Shown here: positions 37,901 through 51,750 of the stretch, piece after piece
Layout: every line of letters starts with the position of its first letter
Numbering within the stretch: position 1 is the stretch's first letter
Source of the DNA: Saccostrea cucullata
Taxonomy: Eukaryota
Assembly: GCF_032062105.1 (NCBI RefSeq)
Contig: NW_026919734.1
Coordinates: 1-64,000 of the forward strand
DNA length: 64,000 nt
Reading direction: 5' to 3'
The notes under the pieces: generated by a model
Told to the model about the DNA's origin: nothing
Databases searched by the model: none
What the model saw: the letters and a program-made list of their open reading frames with translations, nothing else
Program-made: the position numbers and the translations under genes

Positions 37901-40900
37901 TGTATAGTTGTGGTAGTGATGAGTAGTTATTTATATTATATTTTACATTTTGTGTTGGAGTTAGATTTGTTACTTTCCTTGTACATGTACCTTGAAAAAA
38001 TGAATGAAAGTTAATCCCTAATGAAAATAAGTAGTTTTAAGGTTATAAAGTATATTATTTCATTAATTAGCTGCCTATGCCTTTTTGACATCATTATGAC
38101 CGGGTCATCCTATCATTCCCTTTCTTTCTGCTTGTCCACATTCTGTCATCTTTCCTACTTAAAATTATGACTTAATGTCAATACTCCCTATGTCATATTA
38201 TCTGCGCTTACCAACTTATGAAGTAGCTACTAGGTGCTTGCATTGACAACAAACGCCCATTGTAGGTTCAGTCAGAATAATGAACCTATCTGTACATACA
38301 CTATTTCGACTTTTACTGTTGTAAAAACCTATTCTTTCACAAAAGGGACCCCCTTTCTCCCGTTTAAGACCATGCAGGACTACTTAAAAAGACATACTTT
38401 TGTCTATATGGTCCTCTATCGAACGTGACTGGCGGGGCATAGCCTACCTCACTTAAAAAACACACTCCTAGTGTACAAGCAAACTGTTCGAACACTTACT
38501 ATCCGGGCAGTATACTTCGTGGGCGGGTTGACATGTTAGATGATTCAGATTCCAAAACTGTCCCCAAGGACACACGTGCATGAATTCCAGGGCCTTTCCG
38601 TCAGCATCAGGTAGCATGTAGATGAACTTTGTACAATCTCCAGCTACGGATTTATAGCCCCAGTTTCGACCAATGATACAATTTGGACAAAGCTCAGCTG
38701 TGAAAAAAGGGGAAAATAAACTTTCCGAAGTTTAATTAAGAAAAAAACGTCATTAAAAGGTGAAAAAATTAAACTTTTGAGTATCTTATTGTTTAGATTA
38801 AGCAGAAATGATAAAAAATCATACATATACAAAGTAAAAGAGCTTTTTGAAGTAAGTTAGTCTTTTAAAAATTTGATTTTATCTTCATGTATGTTTTAAA
38901 TCTATTTGTTTAATAAATTCTCAAAAAATTAAATAAATAAAAACAGATGTAATGGTGTAATGGATTTATTGACTCACGTGCTATTGAGTTGATTCTGTCC
39001 GTAGTGAAAGGTAGAGCCTTTGTTGTAGTGATTGGACTAGTGGGGCCTGGAGAAAAAATATTTATATTCATATCTATAATGGTATTATTACAATTTCCAA
39101 AATAAAAAAAATGAAATCTCTTAATAACATAGAATTAAAAAAAGATAATTTTTGGTTTGAACATATTTTATTGTTAAGATGTTACAACAAAAGGATTGGA
39201 CACAAGTACTTAATACTTAGAACGTCCTCTCCTTAGATAATTTAAAAAAGATAATTCAGTAGTAAAAATAAACAACAACTATAATTCTAATCTCGAAAGT
39301 GACCATATATTCAGTATTAACTGGTTATAAAATTTATTAAATGAACTTCAGTTTTTGAAATGTCTTTTTATCCAAAATGATCAGGATTTGATACAGAAAT
39401 CAAAAATAAACTATTCTTTTGAGAGTTGGTTGTCTTTATCAATATGAAAAAAACCCACACTATTATGCCTATAAGACTTAAATATTAACGTTTGCTAAAG
39501 ATACAGTTGAAGAAATCAATTCATGCTACGATACCTCCTGTTATGATAAGGTTTATCTGGTTACTAGACACCTCTCCGAGGGCCGTAGTGACTACCAACT
39601 GGTAATTAGCCTCATCCGTGCTGTCAACGCCATTGATCACAAGAACAGGGTTAGTTATAGAGTTAGTACTTCCGGTGTATTTGCCGGAAGTTCCTATCAC
39701 GTCGATGTCATAAGCGGCTCCGTTACTAAACACTTTCTGCCACCTGACGGACAGAATCTGGACGGTGGCGGAAATAACAGCTGACAATGTAGCTGTACTT
39801 CCGTATCCAACAATAGAACTTCCGCTTATGGTAATGCTTGGGAGTTCTGCAAAAGAAAATTTTTAATGTTTTATCCTTATTATGAAGATAATTATCTCTT
39901 TAAGATTCTTTAATTTCATGTTTTTAATTAAAAAAAAAAGAACATTAATAAAAACTTTTTTAAATTACCGACGACTCGGATTTCAATAAGATTACTGGTA
40001 GTCTCTCCTCCAGTATTTGTCACAACCAGCCGATAGATGGCGCCGTCATTATAATTAGCATTATTGATAACAAGTCTTGGATTTAACGAAGAAACAGTGC
40101 TTCCAGAGTATTTCCCAGAAGATGACGCAATGTCTATATCTGTTACAACGCCACTTCCTGTGACCTTCTGCCATTTCATGGAGGTGATGTTTGAAGATGT
40201 GCTTATTGTGGCAGTTAAGATAATACTTCCTCCCAGAAGAACGGTAGATCCACCAGATAATACAATTACAGGTGGTGCTAAAAGATAAACATTAAAATTT
40301 ATAGGTGATTGGCTGATAGATTTTTGGTTATATAACAAATCCTCCCTCTGTATTCTATATGTTGCAGATATTTCTTCTGCCCAGCCTAATTAAAAGTTTG
40401 CATTTCAAATTCACATTAAATACAAAGAGAACAAAGTTCTGAAACTGTGCCTAGGGCGTGATTCGGAAAATCATTCACACGAAGGAAATCACCGGTCGAC
40501 AGGGGATACTAACCCTTTCATGGCACCTGATTCTACTTTCGATGTTTAAAGAGGTCCGTCTTTGTTCTAATCCAAATTTGTATTAATACAATGGACTTGT
40601 GAGCTAGGCTTCTGTTCATTATCTTCATGCATGTATTTCATACAGTGATTCCATTTTGATATTGTATACCTATTTTTGGATTTTACCTTCACAGACTAAG
40701 GGTCTCAATGCGGCATCCACCCTCTCCAGGGAGTCATTGAAAGAATTAGCCACGCTGAACACATTGGATGCAGTTGCAATTGTCTCTAATTCGGTTCTTA
40801 TAACAAAAAAGAAAAAAAATCATCATATATCAAGATCTTAGGCTTCTTTGTCAGCTTTGTAAGTCTATTCCACAGACAGACCTGAGAATAATAAAGAGAA

Positions 40901-43580
40901 ACGAAACTGTGTCTGTGATAATTTTACTTGAATTCGAAACTTCGGCTAAACACACCTGAAGATACTAGATCCGAATCCGATAGCTAACAGAGTGATGCCC
41001 TCTGCCCTCGCCATGGCTGCCTGGTTTTTGGTCTGATCCGGTCGAGCGGAACGACCGTCCGTGATGACCACTCCCACGCGATGGACAAAGTCACGTGCTA
41101 GGTTTCAGAAATAAACATTCAGTTAAATAGTTATCTACTGGCAATATCAATTACTGTTTTACTTTAATTGCAGAATTAAACTGATATTGTTGTTAAATAT
41201 GTGATATCAAACTCTAAATATTGATGATTGGTTAAGAATATAAAACATAACCCGAATTATAGCGTACATGAATTACAAATTAGAAAAGGATGCATATGTC
41301 ATATTTTAAACTTTAAGAGTAGTTTTATTTGATATCAGTGTTCATGTATAATCATTTTATAATACCAATTTTCGAATTATGTACATGAAAAGATCTTTGC
41401 AGTTTGTTAACTATGGTGTACCAATAGGGCCGTTTGCACAGTGTCAATGGCCCTATCGGGGCACCATAGTTTCTAAACTAAAATGTACCTAGCAAGAGCT
41501 GAAATTTAAAATAAAAGTTTCTTAAAACAATGATGTCCTCGTATGGCAGCTGAACGTTTCACAAAAGCAAATCGAACTCGGACAGGTCAAGAGTTTAAAA
41601 AATAATGATAAACAGTGAAAGGTCTTGTTAACCTTTTGACCTAGCAGTTTGATCCACTATTGATTAATTGTGCCAGACTTTAACCTTGTCAATAACTTTT
41701 AATCGGTTGAATCTGCATTCATATTTCATTGGTATATTCCTTGTGAGAAGACCTTTTCTCGCGTACAAATTTTTTTTTTTTTATCTTTTGACAATGACCT
41801 TGGAGTTTGACCTTCTTTCGAATAACTTTTTCTCCGGTGAAAACCTTGTACAGATAATGCTAGGGCTTTGATATATCATATATATAGTGGTGCCTGCTTT
41901 ATGCTATATTTAATTATAGGGGGTCAGATTGCATAATATGAGACCAAAGATTTTTGTATTCTTTCGAAGTTTTTCTAATCTTGTCTTACCCCCTTATAAT
42001 ATGTTTATATTTTTGTTTTGCGTCATTTACTTCAATAAATGACATTTTTTCACTTTCACTACTGTTGTTATTTTCTATTTAATCCATCAGAAAACTAGCT
42101 CAGTTGACTTGGCTTCGGTCTTGCATTAATAAACGAGGAACATAAATAGTCTTTTAATTAAGTCATCTCTTAAATACAGAAACTTTGTACCTTTAACATT
42201 TAATCTCAGAGTTTTATCTACTTTTGAAAAAAACCCAAACAAATTAAGCTTTGTAGATTCTTATGACATCTTGTGCCAGAGCTTTCGTATTTTTCACAGG
42301 TTTTTCTTTTGACAAGGTCTTTCTTTGAAAACCGATATTGTTGATCGCTGGACGTTGACCTTAGTGAACTGAGAAAATGTCAACAAAAATCAACATAAAT
42401 CAACCCACCCCCGTCCCCAATCTGGAATTTGAATTACATTATACAAAACACCCTTGATCTGAATCATCACTGTTCCCAATCTGGAATTTGACTTACTTTA
42501 TACAAAATTTAACCTTCGTCTTGAGCTACCAGAATCATCACTGTTTCATAGACTTCTCTTGTTTTATAGTTAATGTACATGTACGTGCTACTTTTCCATT
42601 AAATTAATAAATGTTACATAGGAATATATAGGAAAATAAAAAATCTTCTTCTGAACCACTGGGCCAGGAAAGATGAAACTCATGTGGAATCATCCTCAGG
42701 TAGTGTAGATTTAAGTTTGTTCATGTCATGTTGCCAAGGAATATATAGGAAAAATGTTATTAACATGTAGTAAATTAAATGCTTAAGAATTTTCAAAACC
42801 CAGAAATTATTCAATGACATGCATGGCAACTTTGTAATGATGCTTTTGAAAAAGGTCGCAAAATGAATAAATAAATAAATAAATAAATAAAAAAACCCAG
42901 TAATTTTACTCACTACTTTTAGTTCGGAACATTTCCCTCATGGATTCTAACGCCCGAGCGGTTCCGGTACCGGATTTAGGGTGAGCAAGATTTTCAATTC
43001 TTGCCGCTAATAAATATTTGTTGTACGTTGACGTTAGTTCTATGGTATCGGCTGGATAGGTTCCGAACACAATCACGCCGATTCTCGTGTAGTTTTCTTC
43101 TACTGGATATCCCAGTAGTAAATTGTTCACAAACTTTTTCATACTTTTAAAGTCATCGTCTTTTAGACTTTCGGAACCGTCCAAAACAAACACAATATCT
43201 GATGGGACTCTACAATTCAACTCTGTGAGAAAAGAGAAAGTGAAAGTTAAAGCATTGGACATTTTACTGAAACGTTAATAGGTTACAAAATTAAAACAAA
43301 AATTTAAAACCAAATGTAAATAATGCATATTTGATGGCAACTGCTAATTTATTTGAGTTGCATGATAGTATTCTATTGAAAACTGAAATACAACTCAACA
43401 AAATATTTTGAAGCATCAAATTGAAAATATAAAATCTTTCATGAAAATCATGTCACAATGTCGTTATTAATGAGAGGCAGTACTGGACGTACGTTGGGAT
43501 GAAGACAAAGAGATAATTTGAATGAAGACGAATAGACAACTCAGAAATCCGACCCACGATGATGATTGTTGCTGGATCAT
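34966..43580 (-). CDS. Pif/BMSP-like secreted protein B: signal + VWA + 2 Ig-like + S/T linker + chitin-binding type-2 repeats + LamG/ConA-like domain, ~830 aa
   Basis: Exons (minus): 43580-43493 (MIQQQSSSWVGFLSCLFVFIQIISLSSSQ), 43222-42914, 41097-40956, 40796-40687 (VWA: DIVFVLDGSES, VVITDGRS), 40277-39969 and 39846-39535 (Ig-like, WQKV...KYxGST...DxAxYxL), 39046-38978, 38697-38500, 37713-37513, 36691-36533 (ChtBD2-like), 36346-35976, 35594-35504, 35296-35217 (GIVIGAG...FTGYVDN), 35019-34966 (stop). Total 2493 nt in frame. Confidence 0.87.
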
Positions 43581-46500
43581 TTTGAAGAGTGGCGGATCTA
43601 CAAAAGATATAGGTGTAAAAAGTTTTTGATCTCAAACCATGTTTCTCAATACTTATGAAACTAACAGAAAACGGTATAGTCATAAAAGACATACAATTCA
43701 TAGTAGCAAAACTGTTCAGAAAGTTATAAATTTAAAATATGTTTTATCTGAATATTACTGAAAGCATATAAATGTAAGCTTTCAGTACCGCAAGACACAA
43801 GCAAATGTAAGGGCTTTGTCATTCATGACAAATTAATTTTCCTTAAATTGTCTTAGATAATGTAGTTTGCTTTTTGTCATTTAGCAAAATTGCTAAAACA
43901 AATGCCATTGCAAAGGAAATGCGTAATATCAATACACATTTATATTATGGACATTATTAAAGTAAACTATGTGTAACTGCATATCTTTCATTTGACAAAA
44001 CCTGTTTTATTATTTCTGATTTATGCCTCTAGCTCGGTTTCAATAGATAATACCGAAAAATATTAACCCCACCCAATCAGATAAGCGACTGACTGACTTA
44101 GCCAAAAGCTCGCCAAAGTTCACGCAAAGTATTGTGGTTAATAATATGGTATATTTTGGTGAATCAGTGGTTTGTCGAGGACTAGGGGAAGTGGTACAAG
44201 CGGTTAGAAATATAGTCCTTTATCGAAGGATTTATGAGACCGAAAAAAATAAATGTGACCGTGTTATCGCTCGACGGAATGATGATCTCCGGAAAAATGA
44301 AACATTCATATCTCATCAGAGCTAGCCACGCGACATTTGAGACCAGGGCTATCTTTTCTTGGGCTTGCATAATTTTTTTTCGGGGATTTGCTCTATATAC
44401 ATGTGATATGAACTGACACGCAATCATCGAACGCCTAGCCAGTTAATCAGACACGTTTGTATAATTAAGACGCGTCAAACATCGAAAAGAAAAAAAGTAG
44501 AACACCTTTTTCAAACGATTTTTGTAATTTTGATTTTTTGTCAACAAGGTGTACATCAGAAGTATTATTCAGTTTAGTTCAAAATATTTTTTCTTAAGGA
44601 AATTATCAGTTGTTGCGTATTTATAGAAATAAGTTTTATATACAAAAGCTTGTTTTTAAGCAGAAATTTCCGGTAAATAAATAGATGTAAGCACCTAGGC
44701 GGAAGCACCCTAAAAAGTAGTATTCACTCTCGTAAGAAAGGGCACCATGACGATTTTACATCATGACAAAATCTTTCAGGCCCTCAGAAAACAATTTACA
44801 ATTTAAGTGGTGGTGGTAGGGAGGCACACATTTTCAGTTAGGGGCAATATCAATTCTACTAAAATTCCTTAACAAAAAAGGGTCATCTGACGTTTTTATT
44901 GAGGGGCACAAGCATATAGCAGCCATATTTTTGTATATAGTAGTCTATAATAAATCAAAATCATTGGCGGGAGGGGGGGGTGGGGGGGGGTGGAGGAGGT
45001 CACGCCCCCAAGCCCATTTATACTCCAACGGTCATGTCTTTTACATAGGTTTTTTTCTAGGAGTTTCCTAAAGTTTTAAATCAGGTAGAGATCCCAATTA
45101 AAACTTCCACTTCTGAGACAGAGAAATATAAGATAGTTACTGTATGTTTTATGTTTTGTAACACCCCCATCCCGTCATGCTTGTTTTCAGTTTATACATT
45201 GTACATTTCTAAGTATAATTTTGCCGATTAAAACTGTACATTTTGCAATTTATCATGGTGCAAGTAATGCCAAGTATGTGGAAAAACATACATACATGTA
45301 AATTCGCCTGAAATTATGTTGAAATTCGTTCCTGAATTATCTAAGGCAAAAAGTGATAGATAGCAGAGTTAAACATTTTTAAAAGTTAATCCACTGAAGA
45401 ATTTCTTATGAAATGTGATTTTCAATTTGATGAAACATACAGTAAAGTACAATACCATCATACATTTTATGATTTAAAAAGAGTGTTACTGTATTTTGTG
45501 ACAGCTTTTGCAGAAATAATATATAACTGGCTTAAGAAGGTTATTTTTATGTTTTTTTCTTAATTTTATTATTTTATCTGTATTGACATTTCAAATTTCA
45601 CCAAAATACCTTGTTTGTTCATGTATTCATTACAAAGAGATGTTACATAATCATATATAGATGTGAGTCGAAGAAAACACTGAAAATGGAATTTTCTGTA
45701 TCCAGTTTATCCCTGAAAGGAATCTTATTTTTTTAACAAATAGATTTCTGATACTAAAGAAATACACCTAGATTTCTTCCGATCTTAAAACAAATTATGA
45801 TACGTGTATAACTTCACCATAAACCAAAACTTTCATGACAAGAGAAAAGTACACGAAGAAATACTTTTGACATAATTGAGTTGAAAGACGACTCAATATT
45901 TTCTACTCCTTCGAATATGTCATAGATAGCAAAAACTAGGTTATTCTTATTTAATTTTACAAAGCAAATGACCTGCGTCCGAGAATAAAAACCACGGAGA
46001 ATCAACCTGACTTAAAACTTACATTTCAGTTAGATGGAGTAACTTTGATCCTTAGAGGAAAAATAATAATTAAACACTTAATCTCCATTGTATAAATATA
46101 CCAATACACACTGTCCAGTAATACATGACTTATAATAACAAAACGGTAATATTTGATAAAACAAGATGATAATCCGCAAACCGACACGGGCTATTAAATA
46201 CGACATGTTGCCTGATCAAGCGTGACCGATTTGACCTTTCCAATGACCATTTAATATAATTAGTTATGCAACCAATGGTGTAATTTTGCACAGAATATGT
46301 ATTGATGAAATGAATGGAATGCAATAAAGAAAATTCCATCATGTTCCGTGCTTATTGTGTATAAATTGAAAAATAATCAAAACAATCTTGATAAAAAAAA
46401 TTAAATGATCTTTAATAAGATTTTAATAATGGTTTTAGCTTGCATGCAAGAACAATTGCAAAACATGTTTGTTTTAAGTTTATTATTAAAAAAGTATATG

Positions 46501-47875
46501 TTCCGGAAAAAAAAATCTTTTTTATCAATTATATGTATATATTTTTAATTGATGTAGAACATACTTTTTTTAATATTCTGAAGAAGTGGAACTTGTAATG
46601 GTAAAAGAGAAGCTCCTATCAATGTTAGAGATTTCACCGTGAAATAATAAAATAGTTTCGCCCTCTTTTACAAATTGAAAAAGAAGTCAAGATAATGTAT
46701 TTTACAATTTTATTGCAAGAATGGGTGTAAAATAAATAAAAAATTAATTTCTAAAGTTATACTAAAATAATTTTCCTATATTATTTGGAAATTAGAAATG
46801 AAAGAGAAAATGTCAACTGTTTTAAAATAATATATCTTCATTATCAATAAACAAAAGATATATGCAGGACTTTGTACTTTACTTTATATGAACCTGAGAG
46901 TTTTTTGCCCTAGCTTCACACGTATCTATAAAACATAATCATTATTAATTGAGGGGATAAAATACAACACAGCAATTCGTATAATAGGTCAAACACGACG
47001 ATACACCTCCATTCTCTATAAAATTCTGTGTGTACATCATTTTCCCAGACATTTTCCAATAAATGTCCGATGTACCAATAGCAGATACGAAGCAGAACCG
47101 AACACCACCATACGAGGAATCCGTGACGTCACATCAAGGTCATAAATTATCATCCGTAGAAGCCTTTACACTTAGTCATTAATATACTGCTAATTGAGTA
47201 TATTTATGGGCAAAAAGGCAATTAAAAATACATTTTATATTTTCAATAATTATAAATTAAAATAAATCACGTCAATTTTCAGAAGATTTTTTAAAAAAAA
47301 GAGGACGAACAAAAGTCAAGGAAGAAGATGCAAGACTTATCGCAAATTAGTATCTTTTAGTCTGGTATTGAAGCAATGAAAGCTATTATATAGAACAAAT
47401 TAATAGTGTCGTTAATATTAAGAGTAGTTCAAAGAGTACTTGGACACCAAACCACAGTATCAACGCCATCTTCACGGAAAGTTTTACAGCAGAGTGGATT
47501 GAGGCCGTAGGCTATAGGTCGAGTCAGAGATGTTCCGATAGGTGTTCACGGGGTAGTTTAATCTCGCGAGATCTAAATTGCCTGAATCGTTACGTTATCA
47601 CAGCTGTTGAAGACTGTATTTTACGGAATGTTAATTCTGATGAATTTTGTCCTTTTGCTTACGCAATATGTCTAAATTTAGACGAATGGAGACAAATGGA
47701 CCCTATTCTAGCTGTATTTTTTTTAAATTTCGTAACTTGAAGTTTAAAAAGCTTTTATGTGTTAAAGAAAAAAAGCTTATAAGGCAGATGGACGAAAAAT
47801 GATCTAATGTTACATTATTTAACTTTCCGTTTATTTGCTTCAATTTCAATATGCAACAAAAACTAAATAAATGTC

Positions 47876-47960
47876 TTTCACTAATTAACAATTTTCAATT
47901 ACCAATGCGTACATTAGTCATGTACCCATTGGCAATTGAAAATTGTTAATTAGTGAAAAA
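47876..47960. repeat. ~85-bp hairpin (mini-MITE-like)
   Basis: TTTCACTAATTAACAATTTTCAATT-ACCAATG...CATTGG-CAATTGAAAATTGTTAATTAGTGAAA. Confidence 0.6.
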
Positions 47961-49539
47961 CAGTGATATTGTATTGCATTTCAACTACTTTTAAACGTAA
48001 AGTATTTAGGATAACATTGTTCTTTTTCATTAAAATATCTAAAATATATGTAAGACTGAAATAGCGTGGTATTCCACTTCTTATTGAAGTGGCAAACACA
48101 GTTTTAAACATATTAAATAATTTTTACATCTAAAATCAGTGTAGATAATTTAGTTTTACACGGTTTTCCTTTAAGACCTTCTGATTTATATCATCAAACG
48201 TTTTTGTCAGTTTTAAGGTTTCTGAACTCTCATAGGCATCTTAAGCTCTCTTAAACAATGGAAAATAAAATTACGCATAAAGCAAAAGAAAAGCTAAAAA
48301 TCGCTTCATCTGACAGACCATCGAACAAAAATAAACTACGAACGACTTGATACAAGAAGGAAATATTATTTTTGGCCGGAACCACAAATCTCTGTAGTTA
48401 TGTGCTCTTTACATGTATGTTACACTGCACCAGCCATAAAACGCATAAAAGATGTCAGTGTTAACAGCCAAATAATCACCGACCATCATGTCTTATTCTG
48501 CACTTGTCACATTCAAGGTTTGTCATTTTTCGTGTCAGGATTTAGATATGACGGAGTGATAATAAACAAGTGTGGTGGGGGGTACTATGTTTTACATGTT
48601 CTAAAAAAGGAAGAAAAAAAAATTTAAATACTTGTAATACTTCAATGTTTATATATTTATATGTACATCATTTTGAAATGTATCATTTAAATAAAATTCA
48701 TAAAACGGAAATATTATTTACTTTTTGTATATTCCCTCAACATACCTTTTCCTATTTTGTTTTTGTTGTTGTTGTTTTTTTTTTTAATATTTATAATTTG
48801 TGTGTATTGAAAATATGTAACGGCAATTAAATATATTAAAGAAAATCTTACCTGCGAAATGAATATGGAATAAATCACCTCAAGAAAGAGAAAAAACACC
48901 AGGCTCCAGTTTTCCTCTACCCGTATTGGATGTCCGACACCATTTGAATTTTATACGCCCAAATCATATTGTCTTAGTGTTATTCAATTTTGTCCGCAAC
49001 AAATGGTTCACACCTTTTTGTAATCTTATCCGGCATCAGTTGCTTGAAGCATCGGATGGAAAGCGCTCAGAGCTAAGTCATACGAACGTTTGACCACATG
49101 GCCTATGCTTGACTGATCGAGGTGATGGCTATCGCCACTACAGCTATTATCATCTTAATCATTATGTCTGTGGCCAATGTCTTGCATTCCTCAATTGGGC
49201 CTAGTCAGGTAGACCCACTTACTGCCTCACTGTCTACGAGTAATTTTTTTAAGTGTTTAAACATTTATGGAAGTCCCATACTTTTACGGATTCGGTTTTA
49301 ATTTTATACACCTTTTATAAAACTCGGATTTTCACTTTTCTATTGAAACTATTTTCTTACATGATAATTTCAATGAAAGAAAGGGAAATTTAGAGGATGT
49401 TAATAGTTGATTTTAACAATAGTTATTAATTGAAAATTTACTGCATTTTGCGCCAAAGAATGACAATAAAATACCATTATTTATAGATAACACATTATAC
49501 AAACAAGTGGAAAAGACAAATAATCAAGGAAGTCTATCA

Positions 49540-49925
49540 CATTGGCGTCGGAAGCAAATTGAAAGTTGGGGGGGGGGGCTATGTGTAAAAAAAAAATTTT
49601 GTACCTCCGGACAAGCAAAAAAAAAAAAAAAAAAAAAGGAAAATTTCCATTTCCCAAACAATAAAAACCGAATTTCGTGTGTTGTTGTGTGTGTGTGGGG
49701 GGTGGGGGGGGGGGGGGGGGGGTAGGTTCGAACTTCAGTACCAAATATTTTTTCCCAAACACTACCACTTTCCCCCTTTTTAACATATACTAAGACATAT
49801 CTGTGGAAAGTGGGGGGCTAAACCTACGAAGGTATGTTCAATGTCTATACTAAGTATATATTTGGAAAAAAAGTGGGGGGGCCCCCCAGCCCCCCCCCCC
49901 CCCCCCCCCGGTTCCGACGCCTATG
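49540..49925. mobile_element. MITE with CA..TG termini and 5-bp TSD
   Basis: TIR CATTGGCGTCGGAA / TTCCGACGCCTATG, TATCA on both flanks, internal poly-G and poly-C tracts. Confidence 0.75.
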
Positions 49926-51483
49926 TATCAAATTATGCTGACCACTTTAGCATTTATCTTACTATTTCTACTATTGCTTTAAACAAGAGGTCTTATTTCC
50001 AAAGTAAATGTGAATCTTTGAATCCAACCTATGTCCTTATTTCTTTTTTTATTTGTTTATGATTAAAGTTATAGTTGATTGGTAGATTTTGTTTCTTTCA
50101 GGGATACATGTAGATGAAAAGCTTGGACCCATTGAGTACCGAAGTTCCAGCCAAAAACGATTCACGAATACTTGAACTGTTGCTTATCCAAAGCTTTAAT
50201 TACATTAAAAAGAACAACGGAGAATTAAAAAAAAAAAAAAACATGCGCGAACAAGGAAAGAGAGGGGCAAATAATACCTTTTGTGTGACAAATATCAAAG
50301 TGAAAAATAAAATATCAATTATCACGATAAAAAAATTCTTTATATTTCTTTTTAAATTAATGTGAACTTATCTTACGTTCCACAAATCGCCAAAGTAATG
50401 AAAGCAAATATGATAACACAAATATGTACACTAACACACATTTTTTTTCATATCAGTGGGTCTTCTTTTTTTCGGATAGATTATATTCACATAGTATACG
50501 TAGAGCTAAACATTCTTCGGTAAAAAAAAAAACACCCCACAGATCAAGGACCCCATATACATTAAAGATATATTTTATTATGCAACATTCGTAACTGTCG
50601 GAGAAGTATTTGAAGTTCTTTTAGTCAAGGTTCGTATCAAAAGCATGATTTAAACGCCGTAACTTGTCAAAGCGTCGTGGTTAGAGTGTTAGCCTCAAAG
50701 GAAATGGTGATATACGGTATCCTTTATTGCTTCCTTTGGAATCCAGATTATCGTATTTTTTTATTTTCGGCAGAAAATTTTTTTTTGTTATAAACAAGCT
50801 ATACTTTTCAAAAATAAATATTCACAGATTGAATATGAAATTTATACATAAAAAGTTGTCGGCATTTTGCACTCCTTGTTTGTCCATCTCTTTTGGATAT
50901 GATCTGAAATTTTTTTCCGAAAGGAATAAGGTCCTCATTAAGATACCCTCTAATTTTAAAGACTGGTATTACATATGCACACGAATCAGCTGCTGACATA
51001 CGTTGTAGTATATATGATTGAAAAATATGATTTAAGTATTGTGTAACGATTTATGAAACTGCAGCACCTCTCACTTACATCAGGCATTGCAGTGTCATGC
51101 GCGGATTGAGAGATTTTTTTTCATGTGGAGAAAAGTTGTGGTTTCGAATCGACTCAAACAATCATCATAAAGACACACACATAAACATTTGCAAGTTGCA
51201 CAAACCCGACAAAAAACTTTTTCTCCTGGGGCACGGGGGTAGGCGTGTTGCCTGGGGTAAAGGGTATGACTTGACAAGAAAAGTGTTTCATTGGCGGATC
51301 CAGAAATCTTGAAAAGGGGTGGGCCGACAAGTTTGTGGTCAGGATAGGGACCCACAGCCACACCCCTCCAAAAATTGTTTTATTAAATCTGATGTATATT
51401 TTGGACGCAAAAGGGGGCTGTCCCCTTTAAATCCACCAATAATTTATATTTTCTTCTTACTACTAGTATTTTATTTTTCCTCT

Positions 51484-51750
51484 GGCGCAGTGGTTAGAGC
51501 GTCTGCTCTAGAGTCCATCCTTACGTCGCGGGTTCGAATCCCACTGTCGGACATGGAGACCGGTCCTTCGGATGAGACCGTATAAACCGAGGTCCCGTGT
51601 CGCAGTAGGTGCTGGCACGAAAAAGATCCCTATCTGCTCAATGGCCCTCAATAGGACAAAATTTGCAGCTGTTGGACACCGGCAAGTGGTGGCGTCTTCA
51701 TATGAGTGAAAAATTCTCGAGAGGGACGTTAAACAATATACAACCAATCA
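51484..51750 (+). mobile_element. tRNA-derived SINE, near full length
   Basis: A box TGGCGCAGTGGTTAGAGCG, B box GGTTCGAATCCC, then a non-tRNA body and an (A/C)AATC tail. Related partial copies at ~14052-14135 and ~62405-62495. Confidence 0.8.

Noticed and set aside
45800-49250. Possible small-exon gene (e.g. MSDVPIADTKQNRTPPYEESVTSHQ at ~47063 on +, and a minus-strand donor near 48851)
   Set aside because: I could not chain phase-compatible exons or recognise a domain. It may be non-coding or regulatory and needs RNA-seq.
49481-50365. Pro/Gly/Lys-rich ORFs in the ORF track
   Set aside because: They are translations of poly-G, poly-C and poly-A tracts in or near a MITE.
51484-51560. tRNA gene
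   Set aside because: A and B boxes are present, but they continue into a shared SINE body and tail with degenerate copies elsewhere in the window, and there is no clean cloverleaf.
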